From Gnetum montanum (lineage: Eukaryota; Plantae; Gnetophyta), in assembly GCA_015680685.1 (NCBI GenBank), contig MNCI01001443.1, positions 111,630 to 175,629 of the forward strand: a DNA stretch of 64,000 nucleotides, written 5' to 3'. A model generated the notes under the pieces. It saw only the letters and a list, made by a program, of their open reading frames with translations, was not told the origin of the DNA and searched no databases. The position numbers and the translations under genes are program-made. Below, piece by piece: positions 21,560 to 35,397 of this stretch (positions are counted from its first letter, which is position 1; each line of letters starts with the position of its first letter).

Positions 21560-24500
21560 ATATGTTGACCGTGCAAGTGTTTCCTAATATTTGATATATT
21601 AGGAAAGGTTTATGGTCTACATTGTATCATCTTGTATTTCCCATTTCTCTTGCTAACCACATTGAATGGGATATCTTCCCATGGTGCATCCATGATTTCA
21701 TTGTTGTCAGTTTTAACCTCTTCTACTCTAATAGGCTTCTTGCCTTTGTCATTGACAGTAGGAGTCTCTTCCTAGAACTCCACTTCAAACCCTTGCTCTA
21801 CATTAACATTATTTACCAAGAAAACCATATTTTCATCCTGAATAATTATTTCAACTCCCTCATAAGGTAGGTGAATTTCTTGGTGGAGGGGTGAGGAAAC
21901 AACTCATACTTGAGCTAGCCATGGCCTTCCAAAGATGAGGTTGAATCTTGGTATCTCTTCCATCATCGAGAAGTTGGCTATTGGGGGAATTGTTTTCCCA
22001 TTAAGAATTCCAAAGAAATGAAGTCTTTGACTACCACCTAAGATCCATTTAAGGATTTGAAAGTAGAAGTAGAGGTGTGTTGCATGTGTTATGCTAGACC
22101 TAAATGTTCGAAAATGGTGTAGGGTATAACATTGGTGTATACTCCATCATTAACATGCACCTTATGTACCCTATATTGCCTCAGTCTTATTGTTATGAAG
22201 AGAGGGGCCTTCATTTTCTCACCATCTTGGGGGTTGATTTTGACCTCACTATCATGAAAAACTAGTGTTTTTGACTTCATTTCTTCCCTAGGTGAAGGTG
22301 ATACCATCACTATGTGAATGAACTCTTCACTAGCAAGGATGATCTCATTGACATGAATTAAGGTCAAAATTTTTACTAGGGCCTCATAGTGAGCAATATA
22401 ATTCATTATCAAATCATACAAGCCAAGGAAAATGTTCTTCTATTTTAGAGACAACTTAACCTATTATATAGCATTAAGGAAGTCTTTGTTTTTGGCTATT
22501 AATTTCTTTTTCTCATTTATTTTGACTTTCTCCATGCATCCCATGATGCAAAATTCATGTATTAGTAGTTGGGATTTTGCCTCTTTTCCCTTCCCTTGTG
22601 GCCTAGGATCCTCCCTTAGTTAACTAGCTGAAGTAGCATGAGCATTAGAGCTTATGAAAATGGATGAGATAGGAGTGGGCTTCAATAGGCCCACATGATT
22701 CCCTACCTTGGCTTGCTTGTTGTCTTTTACTTTAGGCTTTGACATAGAATTCTTATGTTGCTTACTTAGTTATTTCTTGTTGTTATTGGGCTATGAATAA
22801 GTTATTGCAATAGCCACTACGAAAGGGTGTTTTTCTATTGTAGTCACANTGAAGTTGAAGGACCCTTTTCATTTTAAGGAGAAACTTGAATCATGAATGG
22901 CTCCCATGTGGGTCTTGAGTTGTTGCTAACATTGAATACTACTATGATGTTTTGACTATTTTTGGCATTCAATGGGTCCTTATAGACCTACATGGACTGA
23001 GTTTGTGGCATAACCAACTTAGAGGTGTCAAGAATAAGCTCTCCATTATCTATCATCTTCTAAATGTAATCCTTTAGGATTAGGTAAAATTTGGTATTGT
23101 GACCTAGTAGCTAATGATAATGGTAGAATTGATCAAGTTTAAATTACTTTGATATGGGTGGGTCATCCTTGGTTAAGAAAGTAGGGTTCTTTGTGATCTC
23201 ACATAACCAATCATGCCTTTTATAGGAATTATTTTTCATTTTTTTGTACTGATCTACCCACTCTTAAGCAACTGATCAAGGAGTTTAGATGGTTTTAGGG
23301 GTAACCTACTATACTTGACTAATCTTTCCTCTCAAAATTAGACCTGGTGTTGCTTGATGTAGAGGCCATAGATGTCAATGGTTGGTTACTTACAACGAGA
23401 ACTTTGGATTGGCTTTTTTAGGCCCCTAGGTAGTTTTGTTGTCTTTGGCCACAGTGGTGATGGTTGCATGGTTTGCCTCCCTTTCTCCCTGTCCTTCCAT
23501 GTGTGTTGGTTTCTGTACACCATGTAGGTGGGATCATGGTTGGTCTCAATAGCATCTTATATATTCTTGGTCTATGAGAAGGCTTCACTAAGTGATCATG
23601 GATCTAGAAAATAGAGTATAGGCTTGATAAAGTTTTTGACCACCTCCTTGAAGATTACTGAAAGATGGATCTTAGCTATGGGTTTGAGAATCTCATTTAG
23701 TATAGCATTCCACGTTTGAATGAACTTTTGAACTAGTTCAATGGGCCTTTGTTTGATTTTCATTAGTTGGTCCACAGTGGTATTTGGTTTCAAGTTGTAT
23801 TTGAAATAGTTCACAAATTGTAATATCAAGTCTTCAAGTGAGGATATATATCTTCGAGGCAATGCATGCTATTGATCTAAGGTCTTCCTAGTAAGAGACA
23901 TAGGGAAGATTATCATTATAGTATGGGGCCAAGCATGTACCAATAGGCACCTAAACTAAAAGATGATAAGGCAAGCATTGGGATCACCCTCGTCATTGCA
24001 CTTGGTAAATTGGGATATGGGGATGCTTAGGGAAAGAGTCATGTGTGGGACAATAGGACTAATAGGATCATCCTAATAGAAATCCATGATTTTTACTATC
24101 TATGTAGTTGATGTTGTAACCTTACATAATTCTTCTATAAGGTCTTGGATCATTTGAAAGGCCTGATCCAAGACTTGAGGCATTCTCATGGATTGTGGTA
24201 TTTGTGCATAGGGTTACAGTGTAAATTGGGAGGCTTGTGGCCTTGCGATGGGCTATGACATGGAGGAAGAGGTTGGGTAATCATTGTTATAGGGGGGTTG
24301 AGCAATGTAAAGGAGGTTTGTGCTGGTACTTGTGGGATGAAGGAGATGAATGATGCATGTGATCCTTAGCTCACTAAGGATCCCATTATGGGAACAACTA
24401 GAATAGAGAATGGATGAGTGAGATGAAGACCATAGGTGGTGGTTGTGAAGATCAAGGCTACATGGAAAAAGGCATATAGGAGAAAAGAGGAGTTAATTGG

Positions 24501-25090
24501 GGCACAAATTATGATTGGTGGGTTTCTATGATGGGTGTTGGTCTAAACATGGTAGGGTAAATAGAGACAAAGGTTGAGGAACTTTTCCTATGGAAGAGTT
24601 AGGAGAGGTCGAAGTAGGTGTGATGGCTTGGGAAGCCGATTGTTGGAAGAGGCTCCCTAGGAAGTTGTGAAGTTTGGATTCATCGTTGAATTCATCATAC
24701 TATTCATGATGATCTCTTGAGCTTGACTCCATGCTTGGATCATCCACCTCAATCAATTAAGATAGGATGCAAGTATGAGTATCATTTAGTGAAATTTTCT
24801 CATATGGAAAAAGAATCTACTCCATCATGTTACAATGGATTAGCTCATACTCATGTTTAGATTTAGTTTTTGCACATGGAATGAGCAAGATAGCTTGGAA
24901 TTGGTGTAAATAAAATTAAATTAATTTTCATCTATTATGGTAAAGTTTGGGCATCAACCCCTCTATTTGAGAAATTTCCTACACTCAACCACCATTGCAT
25001 ATTTTGAGTCATAGGCCCTCATTACATCTTGGTTAGATTCCATGTCTATCAAGTTGATGGATAAAACTATTGATTTTATGAAATACATTG
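21560..25090 (-). pseudogene. gag: gag-protease of copy B
   Basis: ORFs 23596-23862 (Gag core) and 22089-22421 (VHVNDGVYTNVIP protease). DFY.DDPISP motif near 24070. Confidence 0.85.
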
Positions 25091-25802
25091 ACAATGATTT
25101 TAATTTTGGTTTAATTTTTTAAATTAATTAAAAAAAATTCTAGTAGATGGAATTGTTGAAGGTGTAAATGGTTGTGGCTAAAAAATGCTTGAAATTGCAA
25201 TTGCAAGTGTAGTGTAGGTTGTAGTGGTAGTGGTGTGTAGTGCACTTAGAAAAATATGGCAATTTTAATTTTTGGCAAAAAGAAAAAAGAAAAAAACCAC
25301 ACTAGGTTTACTAGGAAGGACTATGCTAGATGGTGGATTATAAATGATTACCTTGCCTAGTAATACTACACTGGGAATAGCCCCCTGTTATAAAAGTGCA
25401 TAGGTTTTGGAAGGGTAAATGTGAAATGTGGATTTTTCCAAAAGCTACGCTAGAGTCTTAGGAAGAACCACACTAGCTTTGGTCATAAATTTTTACATCG
25501 GGAGGTTTGGTTATTATAGCAGAAGTATCCTCATCTTTGAAACATGTAAAGGTAGGTTTTGGTAAGGAAAAGTAACAGGTTTTCCTAGAAACCACACTGG
25601 CTTTGGAAAATCTAACAATTGTTGTGAAACTTTTGGAAACACCCAAATCACTTGTAATTAATATGTTGAATATTAATTTTAGAAAAATGAGCAGTAGTGT
25701 TGGCTTTTACTGATATATTTTTAAAATTCTTTCAAATGTTTATGATTACAAAAAATTGATTTCAAAAGGACAAATTAGATCTGATGAAGAACTTGAAAGG
25801 AG

Positions 25803-25819
25803 GCCTCCTTCTAGTGCCA
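25803..25819 (-). other. Primer binding site (tRNA-Asn), copy B
   Basis: GCCTCCTTCTAGTGCCA followed by AAAAC and the LTR. Confidence 0.8.
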
Positions 25820-25824
25820 AAAAC

Positions 25825-27128
25825 TATTGAACTAGAAAAAATTAATTGCTAGAAGACCAAAAGTTCCTAGTAAAAATAGTTTAACCTTGGATCCTAAGGA
25901 TCTCTAAGAAAGAAAATCCAATGTACCATGGAAAATCTTATCGATCATCCATGAACTTGGAAAGTGTAAACAGGTGTAAAAAATTCAAATGAAAATGTAG
26001 ATTTGGTTTAAGACAATGCATAAAAATGAATCATGAATAAACTTACATAATAAACAAACTATAAAATTTATTATTATAATGAAATATTGAAAGTATAAAA
26101 GTTTAGAGTTGTACAAATTATCTTTCCAAATGTACAAGGAGTTGTAGAGATGAAGCTTGAATCTTGTTGAAGCATTCTGTGATTAGCTCCATGATCCAAG
26201 TACTTCACAACTTTGATTTACAAAACTCTTTGCTAGTTCTTAGCTTTGATCTGCAATGTTGATGATGACAATGGTAGAAACTATGCTTGACTTTTTGGAG
26301 TCATGGAACTACACTGAGAGTCTCCAATGCCTAGGTAGTTGCCAGTTTACTCTAAAAAAATATTCAAAATCCTTAATGGTTCAAGTACTAAAGGTTGCAA
26401 AGGTTGTGAGAATTGTGTAACCCAAGAACCTATTCGATGTATTCAATTTTTTTTATAGGTTATATGTTTGCTAGTTTTGGGCTATAAATTTTTGTCATGA
26501 TTACTAACATACTAATGTAATTTGTAGGTGTAGCAGACCATCATTTCCAATGTAGTTTTCTATTTCTAGTAAGTTTTTATGTACCCAAGCCATCAAAACA
26601 AGCTAAGCATCATAAATAGTAAATGGTATTTGGCAACTACGCTAGCTTCACCAAACTACACTGTCCTTGGAAAACTACATTGGCCTCATGGGACTATACT
26701 AGAATTGTGGTAAGTACATTGACCTTGTGGCATCCATGCTGTCTTTGTGGAACCATGTTGGGAGTTATGGAAATTACATTGGCCATTGTTGGGAAAATGA
26801 AGATCTAACAATTTCAATGCTAGGTGTAGGTGGTTCTAGTGTAGTTTTGGCTATGGCCAACATAAAACCATGAAAACACCAAATTTGGTAATTCCCAAGG
26901 AATTTTTAGCCTTACCAAGCCTAAATAAAAACATGGCATAACGTTTTCCACCTTGTAAGTGTGGTTACAACTTATGAGGCATTTTTCAACCCCAAAACTT
27001 CTAATGATGGGAGATTGCAGCTCGTGGACTACAAACCTCACATTTTACAATAAAATTCTAGCCTTAGGTTTAATGGTGAAAGTTACAATGTTAAAATTTG
27101 CAACATGGATTTTCTTGGTGGTGTTTCA
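25825..27128 (-). repeat. 5' LTR of copy B
   Basis: Ends GGTGGTGTTTCA at 27128 (minus TGAAACACCACC). Adjacent to the PBS. CTACGCT-type motif cluster at 26630-26860. Confidence 0.8.
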
Positions 27129-27604
27129 TTGACATCAACCTTGAGTTCAAAATTAGCTAGAAGATCTAGTGGAACCAAGATGGGCTACACCTCAATAGTT
27201 ATATCACCTACATGCACAACATAAGCATGTGTCACTTATTAGTCAATTAGTTAGAAGCATATCGGGTACACCATATGAAACCATATAAATGGCATGACCA
27301 ACACAACACACAAAAGCAATGATCACAACATACACATACAACTATAACAGAAAACGTTCTCCTAGAATAACTAAGACACATTCCTACTTTAACATATCTA
27401 GCCCTAAGCCTTGTTCTTGAAGAAAAGGGTGGTGGCCTAATCATCAAAGCTAAAGCTCCTACGTAAGTTAACATATCATTGTGATGAAGTACAAAAAGAA
27501 ATCAAGGCTAATGTAGTTAATTAATGATGATTATGATAGCATAGAACCCATGAGTATTTCCATTCTAGCCTTCATGCTAAAGGAAAATAGCCTTCTATTG
27601 ACCA

Positions 27605-28010
27605 ACAAGGCATGTTTTTCTACACTTTGCTCTTAATTTTAGATAATACTAATTTGATTAGAACTTCTTATTATGATGAAAATGAAAGAAAAAACATTTA
27701 TTATTGTAAAAATGGTAACTTGATTTCAAGATTTACTCACATGCATGACTTTGGATGTATCATGATCCATTATTCATCATCTCTCTAATATTATCCCAAC
27801 ATTGTGAGTTCAAGGTGTGTTTTCTTATACTTTGCTTCTAATCTTACATAGTACTAATTGGATTAGAACTTCTGCTTATGGTAAAAATGAAAGAAAAAAA
27901 ATTTCTTATTGTAAAAATGGTAACTTGATTTCAAGATTTACTCAAATGCATGACTTTGGATGTATCATGATCCATTGTTCATCATCTTTCTAATATTATC
28001 CTAATACTAT
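27605..28010. repeat. Tandem duplication, ~205 bp x2
   Basis: TTATTGTAAAAATGGTAACTTGATTTCAAGATTTACTCA...TAATATTATCC occurs at ~27700 and ~27906. Confidence 0.85.
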
Positions 28011-28239
28011 CGGTCCACTATGTCAGTTATTTTTCATTACTTGCCTTTATGAAGAGTTATTTGCTTTTTAGGTATTTACACTAAATATTTCTTCCATCTA
28101 TATTTTTATTTTCATTTAGAAAGTTTATTTTCTATGAGTTATTACTCACTTAGTTAGAGCATGTGGTGCATATTTGGCTACTTACAAGTTTGATTTTAAG
28201 AGGTACACTAATACACATGCTACTTGGTGCCATAGTAAA

Positions 28240-31200
28240 TGTAACACCCTTGTTCATATCCCTTAGATTGGAGAGAATTATGTTAGGTAACACCCCTAAT
28301 GAATGATTGGCCATGGCAAGGAACAAGAAAATAAATTAACTACATAGTGAAAGAAAGTACAAGGAACCTTACATGAAACCATGACCTAAGGACCAAGAGA
28401 AGAAACTAAAAAATGTAAGAAAAAAATGTATAAACATAAAAAATTACATAAAATTATAATAAACATAATTTTTAGAAGCTAAATCCAACTAGGAAAAGAA
28501 TATTATATACTACAAATTTGAATCTTAATAAATATATGTAAATGACACAATGATAAAGGTCTAATCCATACATGATCCATATATCCAAAAACTAGAAAAA
28601 GGAAATAATATCTAATTGTAATGCTAAAATTCTAAATACATAAATAGCCAAAGTTCAAAGCTCAAACTAGAAACATAGCATTATCAAACACACTAAGAAC
28701 AACTTAGTAACCATTCAAGATCTCCAATGTTCTTTCAATCCAATCAACCTATAAAAAATTGGTTGTTAGTATAAAATTAAGTGAGAAACCTTGGCACCAT
28801 CTCCAACTAAAGAATGAGCATATCTTAAGGAAGTTAGGAGGAGCATAAATAAATTGCAATACATGTTAGCTTAAAAACATGTACATAAGCATAAAAATGT
28901 ACAACTAGAAATCTAGCTATCAAATACAACCAAAACCAAGATTTATCAACTCCAATTATTACCACAAATAAGGAGCTAACATGCATCATACTATGTATCA
29001 AGTTGTTATGTGTACTTAATAATTTCCAAAACCAAAATATATACAAGACTTACTTCCAACATTTCCAGACATACTGATGCTAAAGGTATCTTTAAGACTT
29101 ACCTCTAATATTTTGAAGGCATTCAATAAAAAAAGAACCAATAAGTCATGAATTTATCCTCTTGCATAGGTTAGGACCTACAATGAAAGCCACACTAATG
29201 CATCTTATTGGGGCTTAGTCACCATACATCTATAAGGATCCCATCTTCAACCGACCACACAATCTCAATGATAGCTCTAACATACAAACAACCAAAACCA
29301 TACAAACATGACATCCAAACTAATAGTGGAGGGCAAGAACAAAACCAAAAGAATTCATCTCATCAAAGAGATTCAACAATCCAAGGGATCTTCATGAGAA
29401 TACCAGTCCAAGGAATGACATAACACCATCAAAGCCAAACCAAGTAAATGGAAATCCAACATCATAAGAAATTAAAAATAACATTCAAAGAGATCTCACA
29501 TATCTAAAAAAATTATCCAAGATGCAAATTAATCTAAGAGGAAACCTTAAATATAGCTTCCAAATAGACCAATTGAGCGACAACAATGGAAAGATCAGAG
29601 TCATCAATAATCATCAACCATAATTGGATTAATATTCAAACCATAAAATATCCACTTATCCAAAAAGGGGATATCAAAATTCAAAATCCCAATGAGAAGA
29701 TTAACAAAATTATGATAAGGATGAATGCAGAAAATAAATATTTGAAAGATGAAAAGGAAATGATAAGGGTCTAAGATGACCAATGCAAAAAAAAAAAAAA
29801 AAACCATAAATTAACAAAGCTTTAGACCAAGTAATACTCATTCAAGTAAAGGAAACATAAAAAATTTAAAGATACAAAAAATAACATAATCAATTTAACA
29901 TAGATGGAAGATTTAAAAAGGTTTTAGAAAGCTTGAAGAATAAGAAAACAATGTTTTTGACTAAGCTAGGGAAACAAACGTTAGAAGGAACAAGATTGTT
30001 GCAGCACTAGGTTCTTAGATGAGATGTCTATGGAAATCTAAATATGTATATTGTAGGTTCAAGGCATCTCTAGAAATACATATTTGATAAGGAAGGAGAT
30101 GTCTTTAGATTATAGGAGATGTCTTGAACTCTAGAGGACACATCTATGATGGAGAGGAGACATCTACATTGAAGATGGAATATCTCTATTAAGATGGTGA
30201 CATTCCTATAAAGATGTCTCTAAGGAAGAAGAGAAATCAAGAGGAGACATCTTATTTGAGAGTGATACATCTTCCTAGGAGCCTTTCCATGTGGAAGGTA
30301 TATCTTGTAGAGGCCAATAATGTCTCATTTGGGTAGAAAAAGATTGGAATTCAGTCAAGAATAAACAAAAATTATGGAAAAGGGAAAGGAAATCAAATAT
30401 AAAGATTTAACAACCTAATATTAAGAACTAAAGGGGAGCAAGAACAATCCAATGACAAAAATGGTGAGGAAAACATAAATGAATAAAAACACAAAGTTGG
30501 GAAATCTTATAATGTAAGGAATGATAGAACAATGACTCAATTAAATCCATTAACAAAATAGAGAAATTAAAACAATCCATGATAAAATATTAGAATCAAA
30601 AAAGGAAATAAAATATATGGATAGATTATCAAAAAGTATGAAAATCCAAAGACTTTAAACTATCCAACAAAAGAAACCAAACAACATTCTATCTCTCTCT
30701 CTCTCTCCCCCTAAGAATCTAAGATCATACCAAATAAGATTACAATAGTACTAAACCTTGTGATAAAAAAACTCAATTTCATAAAATTTTTGATATAATT
30801 TCCATAAAACCCATGCTCAAAATAAATGAGAATAATCATAAAATTAATCATAAATTACACACACAAAAAACCTATTGAATCAACATTCCAAGAATTCAAA
30901 GAAATATCCATAAGCACACAAACAATATCATATTAATGTGAAATTCAATAATACAAAACACCTAATGAAAATGCAAAAACTTGAAAATCAAATGGAAAAG
31001 AAGAAAAGACTACTCACCTTGGAATCTACAATAAGAAATTACATGAGAGAAGAGAAAAATATAGTAAATATCTAATGGAAGCACAATCAATCTAAAATCC
31101 ACCAACACCTCCACTAGCTTCAATATCCCATATCACCTTTTCCAAATCTTTAAAGTGTATGGAATGAAAGAACCATAGAAGTTTTAATGAAGATTAATAA

Positions 31201-31900
31201 AAACCATGAAATGTAAGAAATAATCAATTACAAAAATAAACATTAAACTAAAATAATATTTCCATCAATTTTTTTCTCCTCAAATATAACTTTCTCTCCT
31301 CTCATGTAGCATTCATACATACTAAAATAATTAATAAAGAAAATACCATACAAAATAATTCCTAGAAATATCATAATAATATTCTTATAATAAAATAGAA
31401 CTAATCTAATTAAATATAATATAAGCAACTATCACATCACATAACACACAAGAACATAAAATATACACTAGAAAAAATAAATAAATCATAGATCACATGC
31501 TATGCTATGTCATGCTTCCAACCAAACTTCTCATGAATCCTACCACACTCAATAAGAAGATTATCATACATTTGGTGAATAGTAATTTTATATTATGTAT
31601 GTATGTATGTAAAAAAAACATATAAATACCAAAAGATACACAATAATGTTAATACACCCATGCATCTCAAAGATCATCATCATGAAACATAAAATGCAAA
31701 ACCATAAAATATACTAAACTGATAATATGCATAATACGCACCTAAACATAGGCATCATAATCTCAATAAGGATTATATGTATCAAGAATACCAAAAGTAA
31801 ATGTTTTTGTAGTAAAAATATACATTCAAGAGGTGGGATAGTGTAGTGGGATGTGTTAAGGCAGCTATTGGAATGTGAAATAACTATAATATAGGTACAC
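28240..31900. mobile_element. Possible decayed long LTR of an unrelated (chromovirus/Tekay-like) Gypsy element
   Basis: Starts TGTAACACCC. Strongly A-skewed and non-coding, with an internal GAGACGTCTC-derived motif array and a (CT)n tract at ~30690. Right boundary and TSD not found. Confidence 0.35.
30015..30330. repeat. Array of ~12 GAGATGTCT/AGACATCT motifs (deaminated GAGACGTCTC palindrome)
   Basis: The motif recurs every ~20-35 bp. Confidence 0.65.
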
Positions 31901-32502
31901 CCCATGATATATAGTTCAATTACAACTTATGACTCAAAATTGCCCACTAGAATATATTAAACATAAAAAATTAGAGTTCAAAAGTAAAGGAGCACTTCAG
32001 AGAGGAGAGACTTCAAAATAATAAAAATAAAAGATCCAACAGTTTTGAATATGCCTTTCCAAGTTTTTATCCTTACAACCATAGTATGTCATCATCAAAT
32101 TCTTCATCTACCTTAGCAATTATCCTATCATATATGTGATCAAGATGATGATTTAGGTGAGTTTTATTAAAACTATGATATGAAACCATTTTTGAAAGAT
32201 TTATTATCTTATTTAACCATCATCAAATCATTTAAGATGTCAATCTCATGGTTTATCTATGTTAGACAACAGTCCAACTCTTTCTCTAATACATTTTTAG
32301 TGAAATTTTTCTTATTTTATATTATCTATTACTTGTTTGAGCATTCACATTTCTACCACATTGATTTGTTACTTATGAACATTCTTTCTAACTAAAATTC
32401 AATACGAGACATGATAGTAGGCTTCACCATGGTAGTTGTTCTCTTTGCAACTTATAGTGGTCTCATTAGCTATGGACAATGGGATTATATCATATAGAAC
32501 AC

Positions 32503-33298
32503 TATTCAATCCAATTGTAAGGTTTATTACATATTATACAATGAAAAACTTATGTTACTATGGTAGAGAATAGAGAAAATATTTATAGTTTTATATTTTA
32601 TAATTTTATGTGTTTTATGAATATAAGAATAAAATAATAATAAACATACATGTATTGTAATCCCTCATGGGAACATGTGCAATGCTCACGATCATTCATG
32701 CATGTTGCAATCCCTTATGGAATAGGTACAACACCACACACAGAAAGTGATGAATGGTTCTTAGTCACAACCTTGATAGCCCAACATCATGTTATACACT
32801 TGTGATCTTCTTGGATAATAATGAATCATTGTACCTCAATGAAACATAAATTAAATAAATATTTTTAATGTCTTAATATTTAAGGCATTAATAGTAGAAT
32901 AAAGAGAAAACCATGAGCTTTTATTCACTACACAAACACTAGACTTCACATTGATCAAACTGTTCTAGGCTACATAAGCAAGGTAGTACTCAGACAAAGT
33001 CTAGTTACACTTCTGAAGTAACAACTAAAAATATATACATAAGATAGGAAGAAAATCGACTTACTTAAGGAAGGAAGAGCTCTTCATAGAAACTGGACAT
33101 CAAAAACCAAATAAAATATCTAGGTTATGAATTATTTTTGTGTTAGAGCTCATCACAAGTATTTATAGTTTTCGTGAGATAATGGTAGAGGTTTGTTAGT
33201 ACCCAAGCATTAAAAGAGATCTATCAATCTAGCCTAGGTCAACCTAAGTCACATTATAGGTAAAATGGGCTAAACCAAGCTTGGAAGGGGGTGTTTCA
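32503..33298 (-). repeat. Probable solo LTR of a related family
   Basis: Ends GGGGGTGTTTCA like the other LTRs. Minus TATA CTATAAATA at ~33160. Flanked by AACAC on both sides (32498-32502 and 33298-33302, 1-bp ambiguity). Confidence 0.55.
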
Positions 33299-33431
33299 AC
33301 ACTATTGCATTAATGTAGGATAGTCAATGCACCATCTTCTTCCAACCACTATTTGTAGATGTAATTTGAGACATAGAGGAACATGTCGACAAGGGCCTAA
33401 GTTGCTTGAATAAAGCTAAAAACATCCTAAG
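33299..33431 (-). pseudogene. Highly decayed Gypsy RT fragment interrupted by the solo LTR (continues ~32400-32502)
   Basis: Minus-strand translation with frameshifts gives ..CIDYPTL/NAIV..YDIIPLSIANE, resembling RT CIDYRxLNxxT..DxFPLP. Confidence 0.35.
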
Positions 33432-34579
33432 TGAAACACCATATGAAAAATTCATGTTACAAAAGAAAGGTTATAGCCAAAAATTTTATTGTAATTTGGT
33501 GGAGATGTGAAGGAAGAAACAATTATCTTACTTTCACACCAAATATCCCACCATATGGTCTTATGTTGGTAGAATTTTATGCAATTTTCAATGAAAAAAA
33601 ATGAGATTTGCAGCCCACATATTGAAAATTCCATTTTTTCTAGTGTGTGGGAGCAAAAAATTCTTCACAAGTTATAAAAATTTAACTTTTTTGCCTCACA
33701 TGCTACACATTGCAGCTCTACACATTGTGGTAGCATGTGGAATTTGGTCCTTGAATTCATATGCTATACATGTTAGTCCCACACATTGTGGTAGCATGTG
33801 GAATTTGGGCCTTGAATTCATATGCTATACATGTTAGTCCCACACATTGTGGTAGCATGTGGGATAATTTTTAACACTTGGGTTTTGAAAACACACATTG
33901 CAATTTGGCCTAGGAATAACTTGTAATACTCCAAAACTAACATGAATACTAGCATAGTATATTTCTAGCCTATTTAAGCTAGATTTAACATCAATTTCAA
34001 GACTTTTAGGTAGATCAAATTTTTTAGTAGAAATAATAAAGCATTGTAGTAGATTTTCATAGCCTTTTATAGCCTTTGTAGTGTAGATTCATGAGTGCAG
34101 AGTGAATTTGCAATGACATTTATTATGTAGATCAAATGGAAGACTAATGTAGATCCTTTGTAGAACACACCCTACAATCTGCACCACATTACAAAAGATA
34201 TTTTATCTTCTTAGGCTTTTCAAAGCCTTCATCTGTACCTTCTTAATTATTAATTTTGAATAATATTTACTTATAGTATTAAATATGAAGTTTTTAGTTT
34301 TCTTCTGTTTTCCATATTTTCTTGCATATTTCTTGCACTTTATTATCTATTCTTTAGTTCTACACTAAAACCTTGTTTCTCATACATTGTAGTTTAGTTT
34401 CTTAGTATTTTTTGTTTACCTTTATTTAACCATCAGGTAACAGATGTTTTGAGTCCATAAGTGATTGCCTAGCCTATTTAAGATTTTCTAAGACCCTTTT
34501 GAGGCCTATGGATGTTGATGTAAAACTATTTCACATGATATTTTTTAGTTTTCTAGCATTGAAGTTTTCCATTGTTATA
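33432..34579 (+). repeat. 5' LTR of copy D
   Basis: Starts TGAAACACCA and ends 5 bp before the PBS. Contains a 61-bp tandem repeat at 33721-33865. Confidence 0.8.
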
Positions 34580-34584
34580 GTTTG

Positions 34585-34601
34585 TGGTGCTATAAGGAGG
34601 G
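34585..34601 (+). other. Primer binding site (tRNA-Asn), copy D
   Basis: TGGTGCTATAAGGAGGG versus the ideal TGGCGCTAGAAGGAGGG. Confidence 0.8.
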
Positions 34602-35397
34602 TCTCCACCTAACTTCTTAGTCCAAAACCCATTTGTAGTTTTTCATCCTAATTCTACCTTAGCTTATTAGTGTGTTTAATACACCAAAATTTATTTTGGG
34701 TTTTTCCAAAACCCCAATGTGAAGCATTATAACTAGCTTTATTGTTGAAAAATTATATCCCTCTTTTGCAGTTGTAGTATGTAATGCTACACATGTTTCC
34801 TACACTTCATAATTAAAAAATAGAAAAAATTAAATTTTGCACTTATAGTGCATAGCATTGTCATAATTCTCTACACTACCTTTGTAGTTGTAGTACATAC
34901 TACTATCTCTATTTCTATTGTTTGTAGTTTGTAGTTTTTCACAATTTTCCTTTCATACGCTAAAGCCAATTTTCATATGCCCAAATACACTAGAAGAACT
35001 TAAAAAAATTTAAAAAATTCATTTTTATAGTTGCAATGTATATTTTTCTATCCTGTTTTATTAATTACATTTTAAAACCAATTTATCCCATATAGTATAG
35101 CTTTATAGGTTACAACCTTTTACACGTTGTAACTTTACAAGCTATAACCTTTCCATATGTTATAGCTTCAAAGGCTACAACCTCTTCTACATGCTATAGC
35201 TCCACACTTTATAGCTCCACAAGCTATAGTCTCATATGCTACACCCTTCCACACACTTTAAGTTGTACATGCTACAAGTTTGTAGCTTTTGTATAACATC
35301 AAAAAATCACAAAAGCCTTTATCATCTTAACTAATTAATAAATCTACTATTCTTTATGCCTTTTGTCTCTAATATCCTATCCCACCATATCATTGCT

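Larger units (their letters stand above)
9766..27128 (-). mobile_element. Tat-lineage LTR retrotransposon copy B (5' LTR through integrase; 3' end displaced by copy A)
   Basis: LTR 25825-27128, PBS 25803-25819, gag-pro ~25090-21560, antisense gene ~15520-20733, spacer repeats, pol 12981-9784. Collinear with copy E. Confidence 0.85.

Noticed and set aside
27247-27474. Possible 3' end of another retroelement ORF
   Set aside because: Resemblance too weak to support a call.
28800-32400. Short hydrophobic ORFs in AT-rich DNA (e.g. 28834-29046, 29604-29807, 31243-31428)
   Set aside because: Compositional artifacts of A/T-skewed non-coding sequence; no recognisable domains.
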